In this document: positions 1 through 12,511 of the stretch, one piece after another
How the letters are laid out: each line of letters opens with the position of its first letter
Numbering within the stretch: the stretch's first letter is position 1
Assembly: GCF_006345805.1 (NCBI RefSeq)
Contig: NC_043012.1
Coordinates: 49,538,001 to 49,602,000 of the forward strand
From: Octopus sinensis
Lineage: Eukaryota
Direction of reading: 5' to 3'
Length of the DNA stretch: 64,000 bases
Program-made: the position numbers and the translations under genes
Notes under the pieces: model-generated
The model's input: only the letters and a program-made list of their open reading frames with translations
What the model was told of the DNA's origin: nothing
Database searches by the model: none

Positions 1-77
1 GATAAAATCAGTAGAATAGTCTTATGTCTGTATGTATGTGTATATATGTGTGTGCTCGTGCGTGTGTGTATGTGAAA

Positions 78-389
78 GTGCACGACTTAGTGGTCAAGGT
101 ATTCGGTCACTATTGTAGGGCCGAGAGTTCGATTACCGGCGGCGTATTGCGTCCTTGAGCTGGACATTTTATTTGACGCCAGTTCACTCAGCTGGCAAAA
201 GTGAATGGTCCCTGTACTTCAAATGACCAGCCTTGTCCCATTCTAATTCAAGCTGTATCTCCATGCGAACTAAGGCAAGAGAAAGCGTATTTGTGGAGGG
301 CTCAACCTCTTGTTAATTTCACTAGCAGATTGTTCCGTTGATTGGATCAGCTGGAACTTTCTCGTCGTTGTAACCGACAGAGTGGCAGT
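78..389 (+). mobile_element. tRNA-derived SINE (family C), diverged copy
   Basis: A-box-like gacttagtggtcaagg and B-box-like gagttcgattacc. Body and tail (cactcagctg...gggccagcctt...ggatca...gtcgtaaccgac.gagt.ccag) match the copy at 48811-49063. Confidence 0.7.
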
Positions 390-589
390 ATATATATATA
401 TATATATATAAATAATAAATATTAGGGAATAAATCCAAATTTACAGGGAAAAAATCAGATTTAGGATTAAATCCAATTTTATAGTAAAATATTATAAAAT
501 ATTATTAGAGACAAAACCACTATTTTGCAAAACAAACAAGGAAAGACTTAATCAATACATAAAATTTTAATAAATAGTCAAAAAAACCG

Positions 590-632
590 CCACTACAATC
601 GTTTCTTGTCTTGATCGACAATCTTCAGGTGG
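590..632 (-). ncRNA. Minimal type I hammerhead ribozyme
   Basis: Minus strand reads ccac CUGAAGA uuguc gaucaa gacaa GAAA c gauu g UA gugg. Stem I is ccac/gugg, stem II is uuguc/gacaa, stem III is short and self-complementary (acgauugu). Core is intact; predicted cut at GUA between 594 and 593. Confidence 0.85.
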
Positions 633-856
633 ACTTCCAATCTAAGAATAAAATGTGATACTTGATCCTTCTTAGTCCCTTCAATGAAGCAATCAGAGTC
701 AGCTACTAGGCTCAAGTCTTTGACCAGATCAGTCAAAGCCATAAAGTCATCACCAGCACCAAGCACTCGAATGAGAAAGTCTAGGCGTTTGAAAGCAAAT
801 TTCTCCAATTTTTCCAGGGAAATATTTCCAGAAGGAGGTTTTATATAAAATGACAT
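593..856 (-). pseudogene. PRIM2: N-terminal fragment of a DNA primase large subunit (PRIM2-like) fused to ribozyme-derived codons
   Basis: FYIKPPSGNISLEKLEKFAFKRLDFL and KKDQVSHFILRL match the PRIM2 motifs FYxxPPxxNISLxEFExxAxxRxxxL and RxDHISHFILRL (recalled). Homology ends at HFILRL; the last 14 codons are largely hammerhead sequence. Confidence 0.75.
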
Positions 857-1044
857 CTTGGAGTTTTGAAGTTTTCAGCTCTCTTCTTAACGACCAAAAT
901 AGAAACTTTATAGTCATCTTCGTGCTAAAGAGCGGTCTGAGTCCAGATCTTCCATCATATCACCCATCAGACTTAAATAACTGTTGTTGTTGTTGGTGTG
1001 ATAAATAAACATTTAGCCAACATTGTGGAATTCAAATTCGCGGC

Positions 1045-1081
1045 ATTGTTACTGTAAGTAACAATGTTACTTACAGTAACA

Positions 1082-1083
<2 letters not shown>
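1045..1083. repeat. Perfect 39-bp palindrome (19-bp arms, 1-nt centre)
   Basis: attgttactgtaagtaaca-a-tgttacttacagtaacaat. Confidence 0.95.
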
Positions 1084-1124
<41 letters not shown>

Positions 1125-1149
1125 GGGGGGGGGTGTTTGTGTGTATACA

Positions 1150-1426
1150 TACAGGTATTTTCCCCCGCTAATCTTCAGCTATAGGTTAACATCTGCTGGG
1201 CAGCTGATTTCCACCACTGTACACCGTTTCTCTTCCCTCTTCCAAATCAGTATTTCAGGTCTGCTATGTTTTCCATTTTATTGAGGCTTCCTCTGGGACG
1301 AGTGGCTATAGCTTCTACTATATAATGGGTTCATACCTCGTTGGCCTCAGGTTTATCCTTCCGGCGGATCGCATTATATAATGTCTTAGTTACATTATGT
1401 AGTTATTACCGTGATGACATTTTCAA
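1150..1426 (-). mobile_element. R4/Dong-like (RLE) LINE fragment, endonuclease region
   Basis: Minus-strand translation SRPEILIWKREEKRCTVVEISCPADVNL resembles the PD..D/E restriction-like endonuclease of R4/Dong elements; contains stops and frameshifts. Confidence 0.6.
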
Positions 1427-1532
1427 ATATATGTATGTATATTTGTATGTCCGTATGCCTCAAAATAGAAGATTTGATGAATGAACAGATTTATATAATT
1501 TATATAATTGTCTATGCAAACATGTATTTTGT

Positions 1533-1833
1533 TGTTTGTTCCTTCTCGAGCCATTCCTGGCTAATAAGGGCCGGTTTCCCGGTTTCTTGGCGTATAGGTT
1601 CCCCACCTGGACGGGACGCCAGCTCATCGCAGGTGAGCTGCAAGATGCAGGAGGAAAGAGTAAGAGAAAGTTGTGGCGAAGAGTCAGCAGAAGTTCGTCA
1701 TTACCTTCCGCCGGAGCCGCGTGGTGCTTAGGTATTTTCTCTCATAAATACACACATCGCCCAGTCTGAGATTCGAACCCGCGATCCCTCGACCGCGAGT
1801 CCGCTGCTCTAACCACTAAGCCATGTGCCTCCA
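1533..1833 (-). mobile_element. tRNA-derived SINE (family A), full length with TSD
   Basis: tRNA-like head (tggcttagtggttagagcagcggactcgcggtc...gggttcgaatctc), core ctgcgatgagctggcgtcccgtccagg, and (aac)n tail. 16-bp TSD caaacatgtattttgt (1517-1532) / caagcatgtattttgt (1834-1849). Confidence 0.9.
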
Positions 1834-2930
1834 CAAGCATGTATTTTGTGGATATGACCGAACCAAGAGTTTAATGTATTAGCTTTGGAGTGATGAGCTT
1901 CTAGTTTGAATTCACTGTTTGTTATTCGAGCAAGCATCTTTCACGAAGGCCCTGCGTTGACTGCAGTTAAGTAGCTAGAAACTGCACGAAACCCAGCTGG
2001 ACGGAACGTACCCGTATTTTAAATAGCCAGGGGATTAAATGTCTGCGGGATAATGAACTTTTTATTTGCTAGAAGTTAGAGCTAAAGAGTCAATGTTCTA
2101 GTTAATTGAAGGAGCGAATATTGATTGTGGATACCGATGAGAATCCAATTTATATTAGCAGGGAAATGAAAAAATAAGTCGTTGGAACATCCTTTGGTTC
2201 GACTGAGTTCATTCAAAGACATCAATCTTGTCGTGTTGACTACAGTGTGTGTGTATGAGTGAGCGTGTGGGTTGTATGAACGTGTGCGCGTGCGTATGGA
2301 TACGCGTATGTGTGTCTATGTACGTGAGTGTGCATGTGTCTGTGTTTATGTGTATGTAACTTTCATGCTCACCGTACCTAGCCCGTCCATTCAATGGTGG
2401 ATTCTCAGCTATTGATTAATAGAAAAAGCAATAGAAACTTTGACAGAACCCTATTTCCTAATACCTACATGTAAATAAATGTGCCACCAGCACTAATACC
2501 ATTGTCAACATTCCGCCAACCAACACTACCTAAACAACCACTCTACTCTCAGCACAACCAACCACCCAAACACACATAGTCCAACCCAACCCAACCAGAA
2601 GGACGAGCTTTTGATAAACACAATTCCCTTCACGCCCATCACAACGTGTTTATTTATACCGCATTTCAACAGTTTCTTTTTCCCTCCATACAACGATACC
2701 ACAATACATTGGACAGTGTGAACAAAACCAAGCGCCACCACGCCACCATCACGACAACAAAGACAATAATGACGACAGCAACGACACTAGCAAACCACCT
2801 ACTGCTGCTGATGTTACTGCTGACACGGTGAAGTAGCAGATAAGCCTCAAATAAATAACGATATTCAGTTAAGTCAGTTCTCATTTCAAATTCCACAGAA
2901 GACATATAAGGAGAACTACTTCAGGGTAAG

Positions 2931-3229
2931 GTGGAGGCGCAATGTCTCAGTGGTTTAGGGCAGCGGACTCGCGGTCGGAGGATCGCGGTTTCGATTCCCT
3001 GACCGAGCGTTGTGTGTGTTTATTGAGCGAAAACACCTAAAAAAAGCTCCATGAGCACCGGCAGGGGGTGTTGGCGACCCCTGTTGTACTCTTTCACCAC
3101 AACTTTCTCTCGCTCTTTCTTCCTGTAACGCTGCGATGGACTGGCGTCCCATCCAGCTGGGGGGAGCACATGCGTCACAGAAACCAGGAATCCGGGCCCA
3201 TGGGCCTGGCTGTGTTTGAAAAGGACGCA
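2931..3229 (+). mobile_element. tRNA-derived SINE (family A)
   Basis: Same head (cagcggactcgcggtcggaggatcgcggtttcgattcc) and core (ctgcgatggactggcgtcccatccag) as 1533-1833. Confidence 0.9.
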
Positions 3230-3235
3230 TAATAT

Positions 3236-3467
3236 TAGTTAGTTAGTTAGTTAATTTGGCTCAAAAGCAAATAGCAAAGCCATGTAGGAGGACATGGAGT
3301 TAAGTACAGGGTGGTGTTCATGTAAAGAGTTCAGGCCACTTGAGGTCAAGGGAGGCTTTGAACAAAGCGGTCGTCGGCATCTTCACCATCTCGTCTGGCA
3401 GCTTGTTCCACGGATCCGCAACCCGGACGGAGAAAGCTCCTCTCCTTCGATTGAGATGAAATCGTCA
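3236..3467 (-). mobile_element. CR1-clade LINE 3' end
   Basis: Minus translation RFHLNRRRGAFSVRVADPWNKLPDEMVKMPTTALFKASLDLKW fits the CR1 ORF2 C-terminal pattern (FSxRVxxxWNxLPxxxVxxxxxxxFKxxLD); (TAAC)n tail. Confidence 0.8.
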
Positions 3468-3535
3468 AAAGAAAACAAAAAAACTTCAGAGTAAGACAGG
3501 CTTAATGATTTGAAATATAATATAGAGACGAAAGT

Positions 3536-3766
3536 AAGGCGGCGAACTGGCAGAAACGTTAGCACGCCGGGCGAAATGCGTAGCCGTATTTCGTCTGCCG
3601 TTACGTTCTGAGTTCAAATTCCGCCGAGGTCGACTTTGCCTTTCATCCTTTCGGGGTCGATATAACCGACTTAATCCGTTTGTCTGTCCTTGTTTGTCCT
3701 CTCTGTGTTTAGCCCCTTTTGGGCAGTAAAGAAATAGGTATTTCGTCTGCCGTTACGTTCTGAGTT
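3536..3766 (+). mobile_element. tRNA-derived SINE (family B, Tx1-like tail) followed by a partial head repeat
   Basis: aaggcggcgaactggcagaaacgttagc head, B-box gagttcaaattcc, tail agcccc...taaagaaata; then 3737-3766 repeats the head-internal ggtatttcgtctgccgttacgttctgagtt. Confidence 0.9.
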
Positions 3767-4427
3767 TGGGCTTCCTCTTGGCCTCTTACCCTGGGCCAGT
3801 TCTCCATAGAGCAGTTGCTTCGGGATTCTGTTTTTGAAATGCTCGCTTGTAGAGTTGCATTCCCTCGTATTCGGTACAAGGTGTTTATTTATATTGGTAG
3901 TTTTGACTTTCAGAGTCCCTCCTAGCGTGTATCATTTATGTATAGTAATGCCCTCAATATAAATAAAAATATTTAAGAGGAAAAATTGATGGAGGTTTTT
4001 TCACGCTAACTACTTGATAAATACTTATAAAGATTTTATACTATGTTAAAATTTTATATATAAATCAAAGAGGCCAGGGAAAAGAAGAAAGAAGAAGAAA
4101 GAAGACATTCACCCAACACCAAAGCTGAAGACACCTCCAAAAGGGGGGGGGCACGTCAAAACGGTAGAGGGGTAGTGGCCGAAACCAGACGTGGTTCCTC
4201 CTGATGATGTGTTGAGCTAACTAGATCCTATAAAGGAACTGTTGTGGTAGCAGACCACGAAACACGGTTGTAATTCCTTCCTATACATACTATAATCAAA
4301 TTAGTAAAGGTTAGAATTAAGTATACAGGGGCAAATGCTCTACAAGAAATCCCGGATGCGTGCAGTAGAGTTGATTTTCAAAAATTGTAATATAGGAATG
4401 TCTACGTAGATTGATACATTTATAGAT

Positions 4428-4430
<3 letters not shown>

Positions 4431-4471
<41 letters not shown>

Positions 4472-4514
4472 ATATATATATATAGATACATATATATCTG
4501 TATGTATATATGTA

Positions 4515-4556
<42 letters not shown>

Positions 4557-4985
4557 TATATATATATACATACAGATATATATTTATCTATCTATCTATA
4601 TATATATATATGTATGTATATGTATGTGTATATATACATATATATGTACATATATATTTGTATATATGTATGTATATATATATGTGTATATTTATATATA
4701 CACATACCTATATAAAAATATATATGTACATATATACATATATATGTGTATATACCTATACATATACATACAGATATATATATATAGATACATATATATC
4801 TGTATGTATATATGTATCTATATATATATGTAAATATATATATATCTGTATGTATATGTGTATATATATATATATATATTATATATATATGTATATGTGT
4901 ATAGATGTACATAAATATGTATATATACACATACATATATATACATATATACATACATATGTGCATACATACATGCAAAGTTACA
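4431..4985. repeat. Compound (TCTA)n/(TA)n/(TACA)n low-complexity tract
   Basis: Direct inspection. Confidence 0.95.
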
Positions 4986-5438
4986 TACACCACTATATGT
5001 AAATAGTTGTTTGTTTATATAGCTTTTTGTATTTTTCCGTTGTCTTAGTATGCATCTAGCTTCCATCTTTGGTCAGTCTGTTCCACTAATATGGCGTCTG
5101 AATTTTGCTAAGTCTTCCTACCTTTGTTTACTTAACACTTGTTATTTTTCCGTCTGTTATGTTTAATCGTTTTACTTTTCAATTGGCCGACCTGTTTTCT
5201 TTTCAGACTTTCCTTTCAGACATTTCGCTCTTTGATTGGTAAAAATACTTCATGAATAACTTTCTATACAGAAGTACTGCTATGTTAATGTTGATTATGA
5301 TAATGAGGATGGCGACGATGATGATGACGACGACGATGATAAAGTCGACGAGTCAACACCGACGAAGATGACGACGACGATGATATTGTTGTTGTTGCTG
5401 GGACGTGGTCGTTGACAGAAGCCATATTACTATAAGTA

Positions 5439-6004
5439 TTGGGTTGTCCGGAAAGTTCGCGCAGATTTTGAAAGGATAGAAAAGGATCAATAAATACTTG
5501 CCATTACATTTTTAATCAACCAAATATGAACCATTTTGTTGGACAATGCGTCTCCATCTTTTCTTTAACTTGAAAATACCCTCTTCCCAGAATTGAGGTG
5601 GTTTCGTGGCAAAGAATTCACCAAGGTATCATTTTACGTCATCCAAGGAATTGAAGTTTTTACCATTAAGACAATTCTGCAGAGAACTGAATAAGTGGAA
5701 ACCCGAAGGAGCAATATCTAGTGAATATGGAGGGTGGGGCAACACATCCCAGCCGAGCTGCAGCAATTTTTGTCTGGTTCCCAAAGATTCAAGAGCCAAA
5801 AATGAACTTTCTTATCTTCCATTTTAAAGGGCTACAGAATTGACACAGGTTATAGGAACATAAACATTCTTCCCCGAAAAGATAGCTTAAACTGTGCTCT
5901 AAATGGAGGTGCAGTCAAATCCTATTTTATGCACTCAACGATGTTCTAAAATAAGCCGAAATGTAAGCTCCTATAAATTGGCACGAACTTTCCGGACAAC
6001 CCAA
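5439..6004 (-). mobile_element. Internally deleted mariner transposon with TIRs and TA TSD
   Basis: TIRs ttgggttgtccggaaagttcg / cgaactttccggacaacccaa flanked by TA. Minus strand joins the transposase start (MEDKKVHF) to the C-terminus LGWDVLPHPPYSLDIAPSGFHLF...RWRRIVQQNGSYL (mariner HPPYSPDLAP motif). Confidence 0.92.
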
Positions 6005-6249
6005 TATGAATCTTGGTTTTAGAAGTTTGATTTCAAATTTCACTGAAATCCCTATTGTTTTATTCCTCCGAGGTCGATAAAATGAAGTACCACTAAATTA
6101 CTTTAGCTGATATTATGAACTAAACCCTTTCCATGAAATCAAATTTGCTGACGGTATGCCGAAGTTAGAGACAAAGATGGATTTATTACTTGCATATTAT
6201 TACTACCGCCAGGTAGCACCAGTGGCAGCAGAAACAGCAACTGAAGCAC

Positions 6250-6353
6250 TAATACTACAAGTGTTGCTGCTACAACTACTACTACTACTGCAATAACTGC
6301 TGCTGCTGCTACTACTCCTACTACTACTACTTCTACTATTGCTGCTGCTGCTG

Positions 6354-6393
<40 letters not shown>

Positions 6394-6426
6394 CACTGTT
6401 ACTGTTACTCTTACAACTGTTGCTGC
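6250..6426. repeat. (CTA)n/(CTG)n trinucleotide tract
   Basis: Direct inspection. Confidence 0.9.
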
Positions 6427-6592
6427 TTTTCTTCTGGTTTTTGCTTTTTTTATTTTTGTTTTTTTTTTATTATTGCTGGAAATGTTTTTTCCTATCATTT
6501 CTATTGTAGTTTTGGAGGCCTATTGTTGATCCGTTTATCTATAACGTGGCGTTTTATTTGCTTTGTTTAATTTACATATTTGTTTTACTTTG

Positions 6593-6630
<38 letters not shown>

Positions 6631-6995
6631 TTATATAATCTTTTCTATCTATTTGTTCTTTTCCCACCTATATGTTTTGTTTCTTTTGTTTTGTTGTCTG
6701 TTTCTTTCTTTCCGCTTTTGTCCGCCATATTTGATGCGTATTTTACGTTTATTCTCCCCACTCTGTTTCCACCTACTTTAGCTAGATCAGATATTTGTTA
6801 AAAAGGTGTACATAATTATGCAGTAAATATCTAATTTAGACATGTTTAGTCAGGTAAAAAAAAGAGAGGTGAAAAAAAATTAAAAAATAATATAGACAAG
6901 AACAAATATAAATGGAAGGGCAGCTAACACAAAAGGCGAAACAAAGAACAACAAATGCAGAAAAAGAATTGATAAATTCAGCACATATATGCTTG

Positions 6996-7029
<34 letters not shown>

Positions 7030-7032
7030 TAT

Positions 7033-7075
<43 letters not shown>

Positions 7076-7089
7076 ATGTATATTTGTAC

Positions 7090-7137
<48 letters not shown>

Positions 7138-7237
7138 CAAACACACACAAACACTCACACACACATATATATTTATTTATATATGTATGTACGTATATAT
7201 ATATTATACACACACACACACACTCATATATATATAT

Positions 7238-7285
<48 letters not shown>

Positions 7286-7376
7286 CATATACATAGATAT
7301 TTGCATATGTTAAACGCAGAATTGCACTTATTTGAAAAGTTATATGTAAGATTTCGTTGTGATATATGCGTTTTTT

Positions 7377-7420
<44 letters not shown>

Positions 7421-7620
7421 TTATCTATCTATCTATTTTTCATTCTCTTACTCTCTCCCTTCTCTCTCCCCCTTTCTTTTTTTCTCCATCTCTGTATATA
7501 GATATAGATATGTATGTATGTATATATAGGGAACTTATATCTATACGCGTATGTAAGTGTAAGTTTATATATATATATATATATATAATATATATATACA
7601 TACATACATACATACATACA

Positions 7621-7651
<31 letters not shown>

Positions 7652-8060
7652 TTATATTTCTCGCTCTCTCTATATATACATGGATGTATTAGGTAAATTT
7701 ATTTATGTTCGCGTGTGTGTTTGTGTTACTATAACCGTAATATGTATGTATATACATATTCAGCAGAAGTGTGAGTTTCTAAGCTGAGAATAAAATTAAT
7801 AATCTTTCTGTAAATGCAGGCAGACGTGAAAAATACCAATAAATAAATAAAGAGTGAGAAAAAAACTTATATGATGAGGTCAGTATAGATATATCTTTAT
7901 GCCCTTGCGAAAATGCGAATATATAAAAAGACACCTATGCCTATAATCAGACTAAATGTGCAAATGTGTCTATGCACATGCATCATACACACACACGCAC
8001 TCACACAGACACGCGTGCGCATAGATACACACATACATAGATACATACATATATATATAT

Positions 8061-8511
8061 GCACACATACAAGAAAGATGTAAAAATATACATATGTACA
8101 TACATATAATATCCATATATATGTATATACATACATGTGCGTGTGAGCTTGCACGCGTGTGTATACGTATGTATATATGTATGTATGTAAGGCGATGTTC
8201 CACCACGACTGCAGTCAAGTGACTGAAACAAGAAAAAGAATAAAAGAGTATATAAATATATATATATATTATATATATATATATATGCACACATACAAGA
8301 AAGATGTAAAAATATACATATGTACATACATATATATATCCATATATATGTATATACATACATGTGCGTGTGAGCTTGCACGCGTGTGTATACGTATGTA
8401 TATATGTATGTATGTAAGGCGATGTTCCACCACGACTGCAGTCAAGTGACTGAAACAAGAAAAAGAATAAAAGAGTATATAAATATATATATATATATTA
8501 TATATATATAT
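8061..8511 (+). repeat. Tandem duplication of a ~226-bp unit containing a family D SINE tail
   Basis: gcacacatacaagaaagatg... starts at 8061 and 8287; the copies are nearly identical and join within (TA)n. Confidence 0.9.
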
Positions 8512-8623
8512 GCACACACACACATATATATATGTATATACTACACTCTTACATACGCCCTTGTTTATATTTACTGTTAAATACACAACAAAATGTTCCA
8601 TACATGTATCAACATAGGATCGC

Positions 8624-8694
<71 letters not shown>

Positions 8695-9372
8695 AGCACA
8701 CAGCCATATATAGACGCAGTTTAGTTCTGTAGACGACGATCTGCATTAAGCCAGACCTAAGGAATAATTTTCGGCGTTATATTATATTATATTATATTCC
8801 CAATAATCGATGGTGGTAATTGAACTCAGATGAACAGTAAAAGCAATGAAGGGAGAACTATTTGACCAAGGAGTAAAAATTCCTTGGACCCTTTCAGAAT
8901 CTTGTAATCTACCCCACCACACCCTTCCGATTCTGTTTATTCTCTCATGCTTGAGTATATTTTTTTTTAGTGTTTCTTGCGGTTGCTGAAGTTCGCATTA
9001 ACGATTGTAGTGTTGGCAATTGTGAAATTTTTCTTCTTTTCCGCTGTTATATTTTCTTGTTTTAAACTTCTTATTGTGTTGCTGTTAGGTTGGAGGTGTT
9101 TTTGAAATAATGTATTTTTGTAATTCTTCTCCCTTTCTTTCTCGCCTTTTCTCGTGTTTGTGCAAAATTTCACTAGCTGTTGAACAAGAGAATTTAATTA
9201 TGGTCTGTTAAACATGTTTAACATAGCAAATTTTTACACTTCTCATTTCTTACATTCCAGCCATTTTCTCACTCCCACACGCATACAGACACACATACTC
9301 TTATACATACGCTTGTCTACACACTTTCAATACGCATTCAGAAGTAGACTAAGAGAACACTTATATATATTG

Positions 9373-9428
<56 letters not shown>

Positions 9429-9443
9429 GTATATAATTGTATG

Positions 9444-9493
<50 letters not shown>

Positions 9494-9734
9494 ATGTATA
9501 TATATATGTATATATATATGCATGTATATATACATATATATTTATATACATATGTATACACACACAAACACACGCACACACACACATATATATGCATACA
9601 TAAGTGTATCTATATACTTATATAATTATATATATATATATATGTGTGTGTGTTCAAATTTACTTAAACACACACAAATACACAAAATACACATACACAA
9701 AATACACACGCAGACATAACTTTGCACACACACA

Positions 9735-9785
<51 letters not shown>

Positions 9786-10129
9786 GTATCTATAAGTATA
9801 TATAAGTATACGAAAAACTGTCTTTTAAATTACTTATCTTTCTTTGTGTCAGTCTATCCCACTATCTTTCTTTCTCTCTCCCTCCTCTCTCTCTCCCTCC
9901 TCTCTCTCCAGCTCTCTCCCTCTCTCTCGTTAGATATATACATATACACACATTTAATCTGTGCAATACTTGATCGATATTTACACAAATATTGGTTCGG
10001 TTGTTCTGATCTGTTAGGAAAATAATTCCAAGACTCAGGTCTAAATGTCTTCGAGCTTTCTTCTCGCTGTGAACTACCGAAGATCTTTCGCATATGACCA
10101 TCAACGTAAATGGATTAAAAACTTCTTAC

Positions 10130-11900
10130 GCCACATCTCAATAAATAGTGGCAGAGCTTACGACGCTCTACAAAATTACAGGCGCTAAAATTCGATCACC
10201 TGACTGATACCTTCTACATAATTGCAGGTACTTCGCAAGATAATTTGCAAGTATGTTTTCTATTAATTGTCCCCCTACACAACGTCCTCGTCGCTTGAAC
10301 TGCCAAATGTTTAATTCCAGAATTTACTGCAACAGGTTTCGACAGCCAGCCACACTAACAACTGATACTGAGTACGTTGAATGTATCGTTTTCCTTGAAT
10401 ACACTATCTCTGATGCTGTCACTCCTGAGTACCTCTTTCAGAATAATGAGGAATACATAAACAGTAGAAAAAAGCATTTATAATCTGTAGGCCTTTTCGA
10501 ATACGTAGCAACATTGCATTCACAAAAACGGATATGAAATTGTCTGACAAAAGACTGTTCAGATTTTAATGGATTGCGTGTAATCACGATGACATTAGAT
10601 GTTTCTTCTGTACTATTCTGGAATTAGTAGTATTGTACAAGCACATTGCTTGGAATTCAATCGGAAGTAATACCTGTGGCGTTTATACTCGTGTTAGCAG
10701 CCATATTTTCTGGAAATTATAAGCACTTGAACACAAACTGTGTAGAAGCTTTTTTACTCACACTAAAATCATTTCATGCTATTTTGTAGGCCATTGCCGG
10801 AAATGTAAGCAAAAGGATATTACAGATGCACTCTTACTGAAACCCAAACATGGATAAGATCACAATGGCCTTTCAGTAAAATCCTTCATCGAACATTTCT
10901 GTACAGAAACGGAATGTTGCCTTACTGTTCTCCTTAATGTATAGCAATGACTGCTGTTATAGACACACACAAATCCGAGGACAATTAAATATATTATTTT
11001 ATTTTTAGTGATATTCCATCTTCTTAATTAGGGCACAGAAGCTAACCTAGTCTTCGAAATCATTGTAGTGTCTTATATGGTTAAACGTTTACACACATAC
11101 TCTTTGTAATCCACTCACTGAGATTTAGAATAATCATTCCATCTATTTCATTCCATCTAAGTGAAAACAAATTAATTACCCATCTTGACAATCTTGTTCA
11201 CATTTGCCACTCACGAGCATTCCACCGATCACGACTTCGCATAGCAAAGTGAGTTCAGAGGTCAATATTTCGAATTTCTGCCTACATATCGAAAACCAGT
11301 TACGGACATTTTATATGGAGATATTTCTTTGCAACATGCCTGCTTTAAATTCCGTATCTGCGCACACTTCTTTCCGAGTTATCATGCTCTCAAATAAATA
11401 TTGTTGTCGAATTTCTTGCAAAATCATTGAAGAGCTAGAATTAACAACATTATACGAACTCAAAACTGTCCACATAAGAAACAGATTATTTCTACATATC
11501 TTTCCTACGTGTGATAAATGGACTGTTAAAAGTTTATATCCGACTTATGATATCCGTGAAATGAATAGACATGTTACGGTCATTTCGTGATCTATGCGCA
11601 TCACGATTCAAACATGTAGGTTTTCATGTTAAGTGAAAATTCGCTTTGATTTCCTTTCTGTATGGTTAGTTCTACTTGAAACTACAAACGAATATTAATT
11701 ACGTGACATTTCGAATTATTATTTCAGTGTTTTGCTGAAACATTTGAAATAATTCTTCGTCGGCTTGCGAATATTTCCGGTCAATCAACGAAGATTTCCC
11801 TTCGAACTTCAGCTGATTTCCGGTCATCCTACAACGATTCACATCGACTGATATCGCAGATATTCGATTGTATTCAAATTTTAACATTTTATTTTATGGA
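10130..11900. mobile_element. Possible highly decayed Helitron-like remnant
   Basis: Minus strand near 11030-11090 translates FNHIRHYNDFED*VSFCALI, similar to the Helitron NIRxYNxxFxMxSFGAxI motif. Composition looks coding but has many stops. Weak. Confidence 0.3.
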
Positions 11901-12344
11901 TATTTTCTTTAAGTGATTTTAAGTTAGGTACTTCTGATAATAATGTGGATTATTGGAAACGATGACTAAAACTTCCTCTCACTCAATCACACGGACGTGC
12001 AGATATAAAAATACACACTTAACCACAAAAATATATAAAAAAGTTTTCAGAAACAAAGAAAAAAACTACTCAATACCTGCTTTAGAGTATGATTATTTAA
12101 ATGAAACTTCTGCATCATTCTGTCGTTAATTAGAGGGTTTTTGTCTGAAAATGATTGTTCAGCTGACAAGAAAACTGTTACAAGGCTCAAGGGTCGCTAC
12201 GAAATCGAACAAAAAATTCTTAGTAGAAAAGAAATGCATTGCCATTTTAGGATATATGCATAAACACACACATACACATACCTACACATATGCATACCTA
12301 CACATACAAACATAAACACCCAAACTTCTCACCCCACCACACAC

Positions 12345-12400
12345 ATATACATACATACATACATACATACATATCGACAGACAAATGACAGACAGATGGA

Positions 12401-12444
<44 letters not shown>

Positions 12445-12455
12445 TAGATAGAAAT

Positions 12456-12487
<32 letters not shown>

Positions 12488-12511
12488 GTAGATAGAGAGA
12501 CAGATAGATAA

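Larger units (their letters stand above)
411..1088 (-). mobile_element. Short Penelope-like/retrozyme-like element: hammerhead, AT-rich tail and captured gene fragment
   Basis: Bounded by (TA)n on both sides. Contains a 5' fold-back palindrome (1045-1083), the PRIM2-like ORF, a hammerhead motif (590-632) and a T-rich 3' tail. Confidence 0.6.

Noticed and set aside
1760-1833. tRNA gene
   Set aside because: The tRNA-like sequence is a SINE head: it continues into a repeated body, has a TSD, and recurs at 2931 and 14183.
4502-9795. Many long ORFs rich in Y/I/C/V/H/T, here and throughout the window
   Set aside because: They are translations of (TA)n, (CA)n and (TATC)n microsatellites, which lack stop codons.
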